Below are positions 26,530 to 39,800 of a stretch of DNA of 64,000 bases, one piece after another. The DNA lies in the NCBI GenBank assembly GCA_036630325.1, contig CP142734.1:124001-188000 (forward strand), written 5' to 3'. The notes beneath the pieces were generated by a model that saw only the letters and a program-made list of their open reading frames with translations, was not told the DNA's origin and did no database searches. The DNA comes from Vairimorpha necatrix. Its lineage: Eukaryota. Made by a program: the position numbers and the translations under genes. Every line of letters begins with the position of its first letter. The first letter of the stretch is position 1.

Positions 26530-26755
26530 TGTCAAGTGACAGATCTCCAGTGGTCCTAAGATTGCCCTGGAGCTCAGAGAATACGATTCTATAAGTATTC
26601 TCTTTCTTCTCCCAACTATATTTATGGAGGGAAAATGTATAATATTTTCCCGCCTATAAATATAAAAGAAAATCATACCCAGAAGGGTATGAAGAATAAT
26701 AAAAACATTAGTTTAAAACATTCTTCTCGGACTGATGAGAAACCATCAGTCCACA
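26530..26755 (+). mobile_element. Solo LTR (226 bp)
   Basis: TGTCA...CCACA termini, TSD CTAAA (26525-29, 26756-60), TATA-like CCTATAAATATAAAA, terminal hairpin GGACTGATG/CATCAGTCC. Confidence 0.8.
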
Positions 26756-26949
26756 CTAAATATTGTTGTGCATTGTAAATATATCAGACTACTATAAATT
26801 TAGAATTTTTTAATGGAAAATAGTTTAAAAAAATTCATAAAAACAAGGCGAAAATTTTTCAAATTACTCCTCGTATAATTAAATTAGAACAAACACACAT
26901 ACTTATTTAGAAAGTTCAGGTTAAATTGTTATTTTTTAATGCTTGTTTT

Positions 26950-27182
26950 ATTTATTTCCTTCTCATTGATATACTCAATTTTTGTTAGATAAAAAAATTT
27001 ATTGTAACCTCTTTCTACAGCAATGTAATTTGTATCTTTTATATCAGTATCATTTGTTGTTTCTATCATTTTGAAACCCCCATTTCATTTAATTCAATTT
27101 CTTTAGTACTAAACATATCTTTAATTTTTCTGACTACATTTTCTGTAGTCAAACAAAAACTCAACATATAAAAAAAATTCAT
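26950..27182 (-). pseudogene. Frameshifted member of small secreted peptide family B
   Basis: ACCC-ATG start MNFFYMLSFCLTTENVVRKIKDMFSTKE, early stop, later EYINEKE in another frame. Confidence 0.8.
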
Positions 27183-28778
27183 GGGTTACAATTAATTTTT
27201 AACAAAATTTTAATTACATTTTAAATAAAAATCTTAGATAAATTTATAGTTCTTTTAGCACAGATATGCGCTGGAATATTATGGAATTTAGTTTTTACTG
27301 TAATTAAACATTATGATATGTTTTATAGTAAACAATTCAACTTAATTATAGATTATTCATAAGATTTTAGACTACTAGATCAAAGAAAATCACTCAAATG
27401 ACAATTTATAACTTATCAGAAAAATCTTAATATACTAGGAAGATTTATAATAATTTGTTTTTGATATTTTCTGATCATTATATGAAGTTTTATAAGTATG
27501 AGATACATAGAGTTAAATAATCGATACAAAAACAAAACAACAACATAGTTGAAATTAGCCATTTACTATTAAATTTGCTGCGTTAACAAGATTTATTTCC
27601 CAGATATAATTTTAAATTTTTGAAAATTTGTAAATATTATCAGTTATTTTTTGATAGCTGTCAATATTTACGGTGAATACAAAAATTTCAAGATGCTGAT
27701 TAAATAATACCAACCCAAAATTTTTGGTTTAACTTTAAAATAGTAGTTTAAACATGTCTAAAATTCGACTAGTTTAATAACTACAAGGTCGATGTTTTTA
27801 TGGCTAAAACTTTCAAGCAACCCATCTTCTAAAATATCAATAAATTTTTTTTAACGCAAAAAGCTATTTTTATAAACAAGAGGAGGAGCTTGCATTGCAT
27901 TTAAATTACTAAAATTCAAATATTCATGTTGTGGATTGAATATTCAAAGATTTATTTTGAAAATAAATACCCCTTAACTTGGATATGTCTAACAATTCAA
28001 AATGCTATTTCATCCTTTATTTTGAAATTACATCCTGATTATTGTGTTTTTTATCAAATTATATTCTAATTATTAATTTGACTCAATTTCTCTAATTTTA
28101 ATTATAAAATCAATTTATAATCCAGAATATGTGTTTAATTGTTCTATTTTTGATCGGTGCTTCTTTTTAATCTCAAGCTAATAATAGAAGGAAGGATTTT
28201 TGAAATTTTCCTCTATAACGTACAAAACATTTTCTAATTTACAAATCAAATTGCAATTTAAAGTTTAATTATCAAAATCACATTAATAACGCCATTTAAA
28301 GTAATTGTAAATAAACATATATTTATTTGGTATATTGAATATTATAAGTGCTTGTTGTTTTCGTCTGCTTGGCGTTCCTCCTTTTTTTCCAAAATTGAAA
28401 AATTGCATGAAAACCTTTTGAGGGGTGGTTGTTTCGCTTATCAGATCCATAAATTCCATCGAAATTAAAATTTCTTATGTTGTAATGCTGATAAAAAATT
28501 TTAGCATAAAAATAAATAAGATCTTTATTTAAATATCAATATAAGCCAATTATGTATATCTAAACTAAAAACAATAATTCTAATAAAGTTAAATGACATG
28601 GTAAAAAAATTACTAAATATAAAATTGACAAACCGCTTTTTTAAAGCCAATTTCGGAAAAAAAATCAAAGAATATTATTCATTTGTTATGCCGCAATTTA
28701 ATTACTCTTGTACAATTAGTTTAATAACATTAAAACATATATTTTATAGATCAATAGACTTCTAATCTAATAATTTAT

Positions 28779-29012
28779 TTATTTTTCTTTCTCATCGATG
28801 TATTCAACTGCTTGATGATCATATGATTTATGTTGGCCCTTTTCTATATCAATAAAATAACAATCGGAATCGTCAGTATATTTAGTTGATTCATATGTTA
28901 TCAAGCACTCCATGTCTTCATGCTTATTTTTCTTAAGACTTACCATATTTTTGACTTTTCTGATTAAATTTTGTGCAGTCCAACAAAAACTCAATAAATA
29001 TAAAACTTTCAT
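28779..29012 (-). CDS. Small putative secreted protein, family B (77 aa)
   Basis: TTTACCC-ATG; MKVLYLLSFCWTAQN; paralogous to 33445 and 41947. Confidence 0.85.
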   Translation of the reverse strand: MKVLYLLSFCWTAQNLIRKVKNMVSLKKNKHEDMECLITYESTKYTDDSDCYFIDIEKGQHKSYDHQAVEYIDEKEK

Positions 29013-29839
29013 GGGTAAACTATTTTTTTATTTAAAAATAAAAAATTTATAGATATCTAAAATTTTATAAACTTCAAGTGCAGAAATAGCTGTGATGTAC
29101 ATGCCTACATCAGAAAGTTTGACATCACAAATTTCTTCTTTCGCATATTTCTAGAGACGTGTCAAAAGTTTTATGACACCCCCCCCCCCAAGATAAGTTC
29201 TACAAAAAAACAGAAGTCGCACTGTTAATAGCGTTCGTAAGTAGACCAATTTTTGTATGTATTGTCGAAATAATATTTAATTTATAAATGAAATATAAAT
29301 GAAAGTACTTAAAGAAAGGTACTATACGTATGTGATTAATATGGAATCTAAGCGAAAATACCATAAAATTAATGCAAAAAGCGCTAAATGATTACGTGAA
29401 AAGCTTTTATAGAATTACATAAAAATAGAGAAGTCACATAAATCTACGACATATACAGAGGGCCTATAGGTTTCAGTGATGTACTGTCTTTAAACACTAC
29501 ACTAAAAAATACTAATATTTCAGTTTTATTAGAAGCTTATTCAAATTATTCATTTTGATTCGCAATAGTGAAAATTAGCAAAGTCATAAAATACAAAATA
29601 TCATACAAAGAGAATGTCTTGTTATTAATTAAATTACTTTTTTCTAATTTTACATAAAATTAGATTGAGTAAATTTTGTTACTAAGAATTTTGAAAAAAA
29701 ATCGATCAAAAGCAAATAACCTCTAGGGCAATATAAATTATTTTATATATTATCTGTTGTTTTCCCCTTGTAATTTAAGACACTTTAATATTTTTTATAA
29801 AAAATTTGTTGAATTATGTAGTTTACTTAATAATTGCTG

Positions 29840-30698
29840 GGAGCATTTTCACTTTATCCCCCCCCTTACCAATATAAATTAAGAATTTTTAAAAAATATC
29901 CCTTTTTTTCGAAATTCGAAGCGGAAAAAATGTGAAGGAGCAAAAGTCAAAAAAATAAAGTTGTAATAAAATAGCATATTTACCAAAAATAAAACAATTG
30001 TTTTTTCGTCTTTTTTTCAATTTTTTAAAAATTTCCTTCTTCCAATTATTGATCAAGATTTATCTTTATTGTACATTGCAATGTATAACAACGAAATCTC
30101 TATATAAACAATATTTATAAGGTTCATTTGCTGTTACAAATGAATATTTTTCAAGAATTAAAGAATTTTCCAAACATGTAATATTTTACTTTTGGAATTA
30201 AAATATAACATATCTTATTAAATTGACATTACATACGATTCAATAATTTTTTAAAGAGAATAAATATAACATAATTATTCTCTGTTTGTCTAGAAAAACC
30301 AATGAAAACCTAAAAAACAAGACTAATAAATATACTACCAAACTAAGAATAACCTAACCTAGATTCTGTTTTAAACAACATAAACTAAGTATAAACATGT
30401 TTATCTTTAGCAAAAATTAAATGTAATGACAAAAGAAAGCAATAGGTTAAAACATATTTTTACAAATTTAGACTTCTATTTAACTCATAGTTTATTAGAA
30501 AACATTATTAAATTGGTTTAAATAATATATTTTTCATAAACTATGATCAAATTAGATATTTCTAAGACCATTTTTTTACTTATGTAAATTTTTCTCTGTT
30601 CCTTTCCGCTCTGGACGCTTCGACTTTTAAAAAACAGGGCTAAAAATAAAAAATTCTGTATTTATATTGGTAAGGGGGGGATAAAGTGAAAATTAGCC
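29840..30698. mobile_element. Non-autonomous TIR element (MITE-like, GG...CC ends)
   Basis: TIR core TTTTCACTTTATCCCCCCC(C)TTACCAATATAAAT at 29846-29879, inverted at about 30660-30692. The left boundary agrees with the paralogous site near 43831 (GTTTACTTAATGATTGCTG). No TSD seen. Confidence 0.75.
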
Positions 30699-31249
30699 AA
30701 AAAGACATTATTATTTAATCAAAAAAATACATCAGTAATAAATCTGTGTGGTCCATATTTTCTGGAAGCCTATGCCTGTCTAAGTGAGTGTAGAATTAAA
30801 ATTTTTAGCATGTTTTGCTTAGAGATTTAAAATTAAGGCTAAACGCCAAGCAGAAAAAAATTATTTATAGAATTTATCTTGTACGATAATAGTGGTTAAA
30901 TTTAGACTAGAAAACAATTTTGAGTTTTTATAATTTTACTTTTAAATAAAAAACAAAAATGATAAACGTGATTATAAAATTTTGAGAGAAAATAAATGAT
31001 AAACACAGCATGATTCTGAAGTATACATAAAGTACATGCAAAAAAAAACAATTTCTATTTCAGGTAAACTTTATTCCGAGATTTTGGGCTTGTTAAATTA
31101 CAGTATTACAATTACTTAATATTTGGATTTTTGGTTGTTCGCATAAGTCTATTATTCAAATTTTAAGCTGTTCTTTAGCTTTGATATATTAAATATTAAA
31201 AAAGTTAAAAGAAATGGAAATTTATGATAAATATATCTCTGTTCGAACT

Positions 31250-31590
31250 ATAGAGGTATAAATAAAGTCTACGAAATTGAGACGAAATTTGAGAAAATAA
31301 GTATAATAGGGGAACCAAACAAAAAATTTTGGTGTTTTTTGAATGATCGAATGTACCTACAACGTAGAATTATACTTCTACAACTAAGAAAAAGACCATA
31401 CAACACTTACTGATCTTTTTATAAAACATGTAATTAAAAAGAGTTCATACATAGCGATATGTGAGAACTTATAATTCTTTAGGCACTATATTTAACATCA
31501 CCATATGGTTAATCATTCAATGCATTTCAGGAATCTTCATACAGTAGTTTAAATGAATACTACAGGAGTCAATAGGCGGGTTTTAAAAAA
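31250..31590 (+). pseudogene. Degenerate Merlin/IS1595-type transposase remnant
   Basis: Broken motifs EI(D)ETK, KYNRG, IHSDM and HHMVNHSMHF across frames. Confidence 0.55.
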
Positions 31591-31599
31591 AATTAACAT

Positions 31600-32800
31600 T
31601 GGTGAACGACAACTTACAGACCTCACATTTAAGGGTGTGGATTTTTTTTAAACCTCAAAAATGAAGTGTAAAAAAAGGAGGAGCAAGTATGGTACAAAAA
31701 TACTGACCGTTGATCTTATGTATACTTAGAAAAAAACATAAAATGACATTAAATTAAATCTTAAACCAACTTAGTCCAATTAATAGGTTGAAAAGAAAAT
31801 TTTAAATTCACAATTTTATAAATTTACTTAAGTTTTATTATACAAACCCCCTTAAAAATGACTGAGAACTTTGAAGACGTCGAAGAAATCATGAATAAAA
31901 AATTTGAATTGCATATAAAAACCATTTTCCGTCTTTTTTGCATTGGTAATTGAAACTAAATGGAAACCATCTTCCCCAATAAACTTAAATGTTTGACGAG
32001 AATAATTAGAAAATAAACGGGGTTGGCAAACAAAAGGCCTTTTCAACGCAAAATTACTATGATTAATATGTCAGAGCATTTTTTATTTATTGATAATACA
32101 ACTTCTAAAACTATGAAAAATATTTTATCTATAAGTAAAAAAAAGAATTAATACTATTATATGTTTTGTTAGTAAAAATGTTAGTTGCAATAAGAAGATT
32201 GAAGGGCCGAGCATATTGTAGAGATTTAAGAATCTAAATTTTAAAAGAAACAAAAAGGGATAAAATAAATGGGGTCTAGAACTTGGAATAGCCAAAAGGA
32301 CAAAAGAAAGGGGTATAATCTTACGTAAAGTATAAAAATGTAAGCCTTCATTTGAAACTTTCTAATAAAGAGTATGTACCTTGTGAAATATAATCTATGT
32401 ATATTGCTGAAAAGGATAATTTTTTTATTAAAAATAGGAATCTATGATCACCATACAGTCAACATATAATCGGGGTTGTGAATCCAATTAATAAAGACAT
32501 ACAAAAACAATCTAGGGAACTTGGTCTGCAGTTAATAGAATGATAGCAATTAAACACCCGATCAGAAAAGGTATGGATTGCTTTTTAACATGTTTCCATT
32601 TAGAAGAAACAATAACAATCCCCCCCCAATAGATATGTCATTGAAAAATAGTTTAAATTAAATATACGGTAGCTAATATTCATTTAAAGTCATTTGTGTT
32701 TGGTAAGTTTTATAAATATAAAAGTGATCAGTATTTTTTTTGTTTACTGCTTTCTCCTCTTTTTTTCCACTTCATTTTAAGGATTCAATAAAAATCGTAC
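31600..32800 (+). mobile_element. Old degenerate Merlin-like transposon, copy 1
   Basis: Left end resembles the TIR of the 42786 MITE (CACATTT.AGGGTG...AAGGAGGAGCA); inverted remnant at about 32730-32780; decayed HHTVN, VNP and GTWSAV motifs. Confidence 0.65.
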
Positions 32801-33444
32801 TTCTTCAACAGCGGGAATTCTTTTTTTCTAATGTTTTTATTATAAAAGAATCATGGTTAATTTCAAATACATATAAAACAAACAATTTTTGTATTTTAAA
32901 ATTTTTGATTTAAAAATGCTTAAAATCAAAATTAAAGTGCTGTAATCTTTAAGTATATTTTTGTATATGAATATATATTTTTTTGGTATATTTAATACCA
33001 TATGAGCTCGATAATTTTTGTCTTTCATTTGGATTTTTTTTAAATTCATTTTCAAAATTAGAAAATATGGTGGACACTTCTTGAAGAGTAATTATTTTGG
33101 ATGTAACATCTAAAAAAATGCTTGAAATTTCGTATTTCCTAAAAAAATATGCTGATGTAAAATTTTATCTATGAGTTTATGTTATAAAAAAAAAGTATTT
33201 AATATTAACCAATTTTGTATATCTAACTAAAAACAATAACTCTAATAAGTTTTTTAACATGGTAAAAAATGACTAAATATAAATTTGACAATTACACACA
33301 TAACATCAATTTTATATAAAAATTTATAAAATCAAAAAATGTTTTGTGTTGCCTATACCGCAATTTGATGTGTAAATTACTCTTTGTAATAAGGTTTGAA
33401 ATAAAAAAATATACTTTTTAAATTCACAGACAAAAACCAATTAT

Positions 33445-33681
33445 TTATTTTGTTTCTTTCTCGCTGGTATATTCAGCTGTTTCATGATTAATGATTTTAA
33501 CGTGAATCTCTACTATATTAATTTGATGTTCTTCGGAATTGTTAGCATTTTTTGGAGTTGTATTTCTTACATAGTAAAATATGTCATCATCGTTATTTTC
33601 CTTGGTGCATATATAATTTTCGAGTTTTCTGAATATATTTTGCGCAGTCAAACAAAAACATACATAATAAAAAAATTTCAT
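33445..33681 (-). CDS. Small putative secreted protein, family B (78 aa)
   Basis: TTTTACCCT-ATG; MKFFYYVCFCLTAQN. Confidence 0.85.
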   Translation of the reverse strand: MKFFYYVCFCLTAQNIFRKLENYICTKENNDDDIFYYVRNTTPKNANNSEEHQINIVEIHVKIINHETAEYTSEKETK

Positions 33682-34888
33682 AGGGTAAAAATATATTTTT
33701 TTAAATAAAAATAAAAAATATATAGGTTTTCTTTAGTTATTATAGCTCTTAAACACAGAAGAAACTGTGATTTACATGTCTATGTCACAGATATCATCAA
33801 CACAAATTTCTTGAGACGTGTCAAGCGTTTTTCGACAGTGTCAAGATAAATACTACATACAAACAGAAGTTTCATGGTTGGTACTACATTCAGAAATAGA
33901 TAAATTTTTTAATTTATTGTAGAATTAATTTTTAATCAAAATTAAAGTAAAAAATAAAGTACGTAAAGAATGTTTCTATACGTACGTTGTAAATATGATT
34001 GTTGAGAAACCTTTAACATATATAAAACAAACAATAAAAAATTTTATATTTGAAGCTATGAGAACAGTAATAAAAGGCCTAGGTCTTTGAGTACATTACA
34101 CAAACAGAGGGCTTTATTTAGATTATATACAAAAAATAAACAATATATAAAAATTTATACCTAGATTTTATTATTTCTAGTTTGTTCAAATTATTCATTT
34201 TGCTTTGCAATCTGTGCAAATTACAAATTATTTCTGTTTTAAAGTCTTTTAATATAAAAAATCAGGCACAAAAAATTAATAACACTGTTTAGATTGCTTG
34301 TCACTAATTTTTAAAAAAGTTGGATCGAGGAAAACTATTTTCAAAATAACTATAGAGGAATAATTTTCGATTCTAAAGCAATAAAAAAAAAAAAGGACTT
34401 TTTATGTATTTTTTTATAAATGATCTTTTTTATTTTCTAGTTGAGAAGAAAGAATACTTACACCTCCCCCCTCACCGCATTTAAGTATACACGATTTTTT
34501 TGGAAAATATAAAAAAAGTGCACAAAGAAGAAGCAAATAGGAGACAAAATACTGTTTAATTTTTGATGTCAAAAAATGTTTAATTAAGAAAAAATGACAG
34601 TTTTAAATTACAAATTGCTTAGTCTAATCATTAGTTAAAATAGATGATTAAAATTCTGACAATTTTTATTTTATTTAAGTTTTATCATGCAAGCCATTTT
34701 AAAAATATGAAAACTATTAAAAAGTCGAAAAATAATAAATACTATAAAAGAAATTAAAATAAACCCACAAAATATCCCTTAAACTGGACATAAAAAATAA
34801 GTAAAAAGCCCCAAATTACCTCAAATGTTTGACGAGAATAGTATAAAAAATCGTTATGACAATCAAAAAGCCTTTTAACCCAAAATTT

Positions 34889-36030
34889 GGTACATGACCG
34901 TTTGGAACCCGCTTTGGAAAAATGAACCCGCTTTGAAAATTTAAACGATCCCATTTCAAAAAATGGCAAGATTGACAAAAACAAATTTTGTTAAAGAAGA
35001 TGAGCTTTTTAGTGATGAAATGTTTTTAAACATGGAAATAAATGAAAATTTTATTTTGGAAACATTTTATGATGCTGAGACAGCGTGTATCTTACTGGCA
35101 CGCAGTTCATTAATAAAAAACAACTTTTTTGTACTGTATGCAGCTCCGAAAGGCCAATGAAATTGATTAGAAGAATAAGACTATTGGACAAATATGTTTG
35201 GAATTGTACAAAACCTTGTGCGGCCTCTAAATCTGTGAGAAAGGACTCTATTTTTGAAAATACCAAATTAAGTTTTTATAAAATTATAAGATTGATATAT
35301 AAGTATACCAAAAGAGTTTCCTTCCTCGATATAGTAAATGATCTTGATCTAGACAGAAAACCCGTAAATACATATGGTTTGTTCTGTTGAGATCGCATAA
35401 TCGAGGAAGTGACCACTAATAGTCAGGGTTAGGAGGTCGTGATGAGTTCGGCATTCCTAAAGTAGTGGAGATCGACGAGAGTCTATTCTTTCGTGCCAAA
35501 TATAATCGTGGTAATCATACCACAGGTCAGTGGTATGTAGGAGGAGTTGAAAGAGGATCTAAAAGGCCTTTCTAGTCCTTTAGCTAGTAGAAATACTGCT
35601 ACTCTTCTTGAGGTAATACAAGATAATGTATTGCCTGGTTCTATTGTGATCACTGATCAATGGAGAGCATATGGTGGTGCATTTAGACAAATCACAGGAA
35701 TGGAGCAGAGGACTGTGAATCACTCTATCAATTTCGTAAATCCTAACGATCTCGAAGCACATACTCAACAAATTATAGGATTTTGGTTTCTTTGAAGAGA
35801 GATATTCGGTCTAGACATGGAATAAACCAGGATGAGCACTATGAGTATCTTTTAACAGTTTCTATGGTCTTAGCAAATAGCATAAAAAACCAAAGAATTA
35901 ATCGACTTCTTTCATTATTCAAAATAAATCGTTAAGTCTCATTTTTTATAATTTTTATATTTAGCCCTTTTTTTTGAAATTTTCAAAGCGGGTTCATTTT
36001 CCCAATGCGGGTTCCAAACGGTCATGTACC
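34889..36030 (+). mobile_element. Merlin (IS1595/ISXO2-like DDE) DNA transposon, frameshifted transposase
   Basis: About 55-bp TIRs GGTACATGACCGTTTGGAACCCGC..., 8-bp TSD CAAAATTT (34881-88, 36031-38); motifs VVEIDES, KYNRG, WYVGGVER, ITDQWRAY, VNHSINFVNP and an N-terminal Cys cluster. Confidence 0.92.
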
Positions 36031-36828
36031 CAAAATTTTTACAATTTAAAATATATCAGAGGATTTCTTTATTTTTTTATATACAACTACTAAAACTTCG
36101 TATAATATTTTATTTATATGTAAAAAAACAATTAATACGAATATCACATTCGTAGCGAAACTGTTATTGACAAAAAGAAGATTGAGAGGGGTATTATTGT
36201 AAAGTTTGATGAAATCAAACTCAAAATTGAAATATAACAAAGGGTAGAAAGTTGACGGGGTCTGAGCCTTACTGGGCTAAAGTATAAAATAAAGAGGTAT
36301 AGTCATATTTAAGTAAAAATTAAAGCCATACTATAGGTGTTTCTTATAAAGACTTTTGTACTGCCTGGAATCATAACTATACAGATTGTTGAGGCGAAGC
36401 GCAAGTTTATTAAAAATACGAATTTATGATTACTGCACGGTCAATCATATAATCGGTTTTGTAAATCCAATGAATGAAGTACTGCAAATACATTCAAAGA
36501 AACTTGTTCTGCCTTAAAAATGAGATATTTAAATTAAACAATATAAGCTATGAATTGTTTTTAAAATTTTTGCATTTAAAAGAAACATCAACAAGCCTCT
36601 ATAGAAATTTATTGAATAGTTTATGTGATCAGACACGAGGTCTGATCTGAAATAGAAGACTGAGTATCAATAACAGATTTATTTGGATTGTGTCCTGAAC
36701 TCATGATGAAAAGTAAAGGCTGGAAAATAAATAGGAAATATTTGGAATAGACCATTTTGACGGTTTATTCCGAAAAGAGGAAATTGCTAAAATAAAAGTA
36801 AACCTCAAAATGCTCATTTAATATTAAT

Positions 36829-36876
36829 TGTATTTATTTATCATAATCGGGGTAAAAATTATCAAAATATATAACA
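36829..36876 (-). repeat. 3' LTR (48 bp)
   Basis: Identical to 39956-40003; adjacent to the PPT. Confidence 0.95.
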
Positions 36877-36899
36877 TCCCCCCTCCAAGACGGTTAGTC

Positions 36900-39800
36900 T
36901 CACTTTATCCTTAACCCAAGCAGACTTTTTAGATCATAGTGCCTTTTCTTTACATATCTTCCATTTACTAACTTAACTATATAAGAATCATTGCCACATC
37001 TCTCTATAATTTTCCCACTCTCTAAAAACCTACCTTTCGAATATTTATCCGCACCTTTCAAGTTTTCCTTCTTAGCTACTCTCACGTACTCACCTACTTT
37101 AAATTTTTCCCGTTTCCCCCTGTTAAACAGTTTTCCATATTTCCCCTGTGGGCTATTTTCAATCATTACATGTCCAGTTTTATCCTCTGTCGCTTCTATT
37201 GGTGTACATTTTAGTGCCGTGTGGTAACTCATATTATATTTTTCAATGCTTCCCATGACCTTCTCTGCAAATGTACCTTCTTTAGTCTTCAGAATGCTCT
37301 CTCGCAGCGTACCTATAACCCTCTCGACTCTGCCATTACTCCTGTGTGATTCGACACTTACTTTCCTATGTTTAATTTCTAGTCTGTTACACAACCCTCT
37401 AAACCCCTCATTGATAAATTCTCGCCCATTATCCGTTATAATCTCTTCGGGCTTTTTTCCTTGTTCACACAACTTACTTAAAAATTCTGTCACATTCTTT
37501 CCAGTCTTGTTCTCCATTACCGTGCCCCATACTCTTCGAGTGTAATAATCTATCGCAACCAATACGTATTTACCTGCGTCTCTAAAATCAATGAGATCCA
37601 AAGCAACCTTTTCTAAATAACGTGTAGTATCTACAAACTCACATCCACCGAGTCTTTTTCTATTATATATTTGACATTGTACACACTTTCGAATTGTCTC
37701 ATTTATGTCCTTCTTTATTCCGGGCCAATAAAATCTTTCCCGCATCGCGTAATATACACTTGTCATACATCTATGTCCAACTTTTTCGTGGTATTCCTGC
37801 ATCAAACTTTCCCTTGACTCTTCTGGTGGTATTTCGACTTTCCGTCCTGAATCAAATCTCCAATATTTTTTTCCTTCTGCGTCATCGACGTGCGCTTTCC
37901 ATTTACCCTCTATCTGCTTGGCGGTCCTTTCTCTGATTTTCTTTTTCTTTTCATCGTCTTCCATATGTATCCTGCTTAACGCGTCAGCCACCACCATTTC
38001 TTCTTGTTTCTTATATTCTATGGTGAAGTCAAATTCCTGGATCTTTTCAATCCATCTATTTATTCTATTGTTATTAAAACACGGTTTATTTCTAATCTCA
38101 ACCAAGGCTTTATGGTCCGTCTCGATTTTAAACTTCCTACCGCGCAACTCGTATTCAAATCTTTTTATCCCCCAAAATACCGCGTACATTTCTTTCTCCG
38201 ATATAGTATATCTGGTCTCTGTAGGTGTTAACTTTTTTGAACTCCATTGGATTGCTACCCATTCATCTTTATCGTTCTTCTGAAGTAACACGGCTCCTAT
38301 CCCTACATTGCTCGCGTCCGTTCTCAATATAAATTCCTTCCTATAATCAGGCAATCTAAGTTTCCCCATCGCTCTCAAAACTTCTTTCAGCTCTAAAAAC
38401 TCTCTATTCATTTCAACCGTCCATTCCCACTTCTTATCTTTACCTCTCAAGCTATCTGTCAGATGAATAGTTAATTCCGCGTAATTCTTTATAAAGTTCC
38501 TAAACCATCCTGTCATTCCTAGGAATCTTCGTGTTTCACTTACACTTGTCAGCTGCGGGAATTCCAACGCCTCGTTCTTCTTTATTTCATTCGCTTCAAT
38601 ATCTGTACCATTCAATTTGACTCCTAAGAGCTTAACTAACTGTTGGCTAAACTGTATCTTCTCAATATTCAATCTCATTTTATGTCTTTTTAATCTTTCC
38701 AATGCTTCTATAACTAGCTTGTCATGCCTTCTTTTAGTTCTAGCGTGTATAACGATGTCGTCCATATATACCTCCACTCCTTCTCCTTGTAAATCTTTAA
38801 ATATTTGGTTCATTATTCGTTGTAAAATCTGCGTTGAATTTTTATATCCCATTACCATACTGTTCCATTCATATACCTTTCTGTTAAATTCAAAGGCCGT
38901 TTTGTGCTTATCCTCTTCTTCAATCTCTACGTGGTAAAAGCCTTCCTTCAGATCTATAACGGTAAACCATTTAGACCCCTGTGTGGCTCTAACGATGTCC
39001 CTAATATTTGACAACTCATACGGATCTTTTTCAACTAAGTCATTTAAACTCATTAGATTACTTACAAGCCTTACTCCTCCGTTAGGTTTTACTATAGCTC
39101 TAATTGGGTTCCTCCACTCGGATGTTGATCTTCTTATAATCTTTCTTTCTTCCAAACTTTTTATATATTTTTCAGTTTTTTCCATCAACGCCTGTGGGAT
39201 AGTTTGTCCTCTTTTAACTACTTTTTTCCCTGGTGGCGTCTCAATTTTACATTTCTCTATCTTACAGTGTACGATCTCTTCCTGCTGCAAGTCAAAAATT
39301 TCTCTAAACTTCGCTTTTATATCTTCAATGACAAGGCCCTCTTCTATTCTATCCTCTCTCATTCCTCTTCTTTTTGAATTTTGTTTACGTTTTGCTTCTC
39401 CGCATTTCCTATATTCTTGTGCGCTAAGTTCTGTGCTTGTAGATCCACTCTCTTCATGAACAATTAAATACTTGTTAAAATGTTTATTTTTATTATCTTC
39501 TTCTTTCCTCTTCCTTACGAAGCAATCTCTTGCCATGTGCCCAAATCTACCACAGTAAAAACAATCTCTACTTCTTACTCTCGTAGTTTCTTCCCTTATT
39601 TTTCCTAATGCTCCTCTATTTGCCAGCTCCTCTCGAACTGTTCCTCTAACCGACTCTGCAATTATTTCCATCATCTTACTTTTGTCTTCTTCTTCCTTCT
39701 TTTTTAATTCGTCCTTTCTAACCTTCTTTTCCATTTCTTCAATAATTAAGGACCAACTATCTTCTTTTTTAATTCTTTCTACCATAAAGTTCTTTACTTC

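Noticed and set aside
37835-37870. FDSG in WRFDSGRKVEIP as a relocated protease active site
   Set aside because: It lies just before the integrase HHCC region, with no room or supporting motifs for a protease fold.
36991-39459. Many plus-strand ORFs inside the Gypsy element, and similar antisense ORFs over the SAM, SGS1, 50367 and family C genes
   Set aside because: Antisense shadows of real coding sequence.
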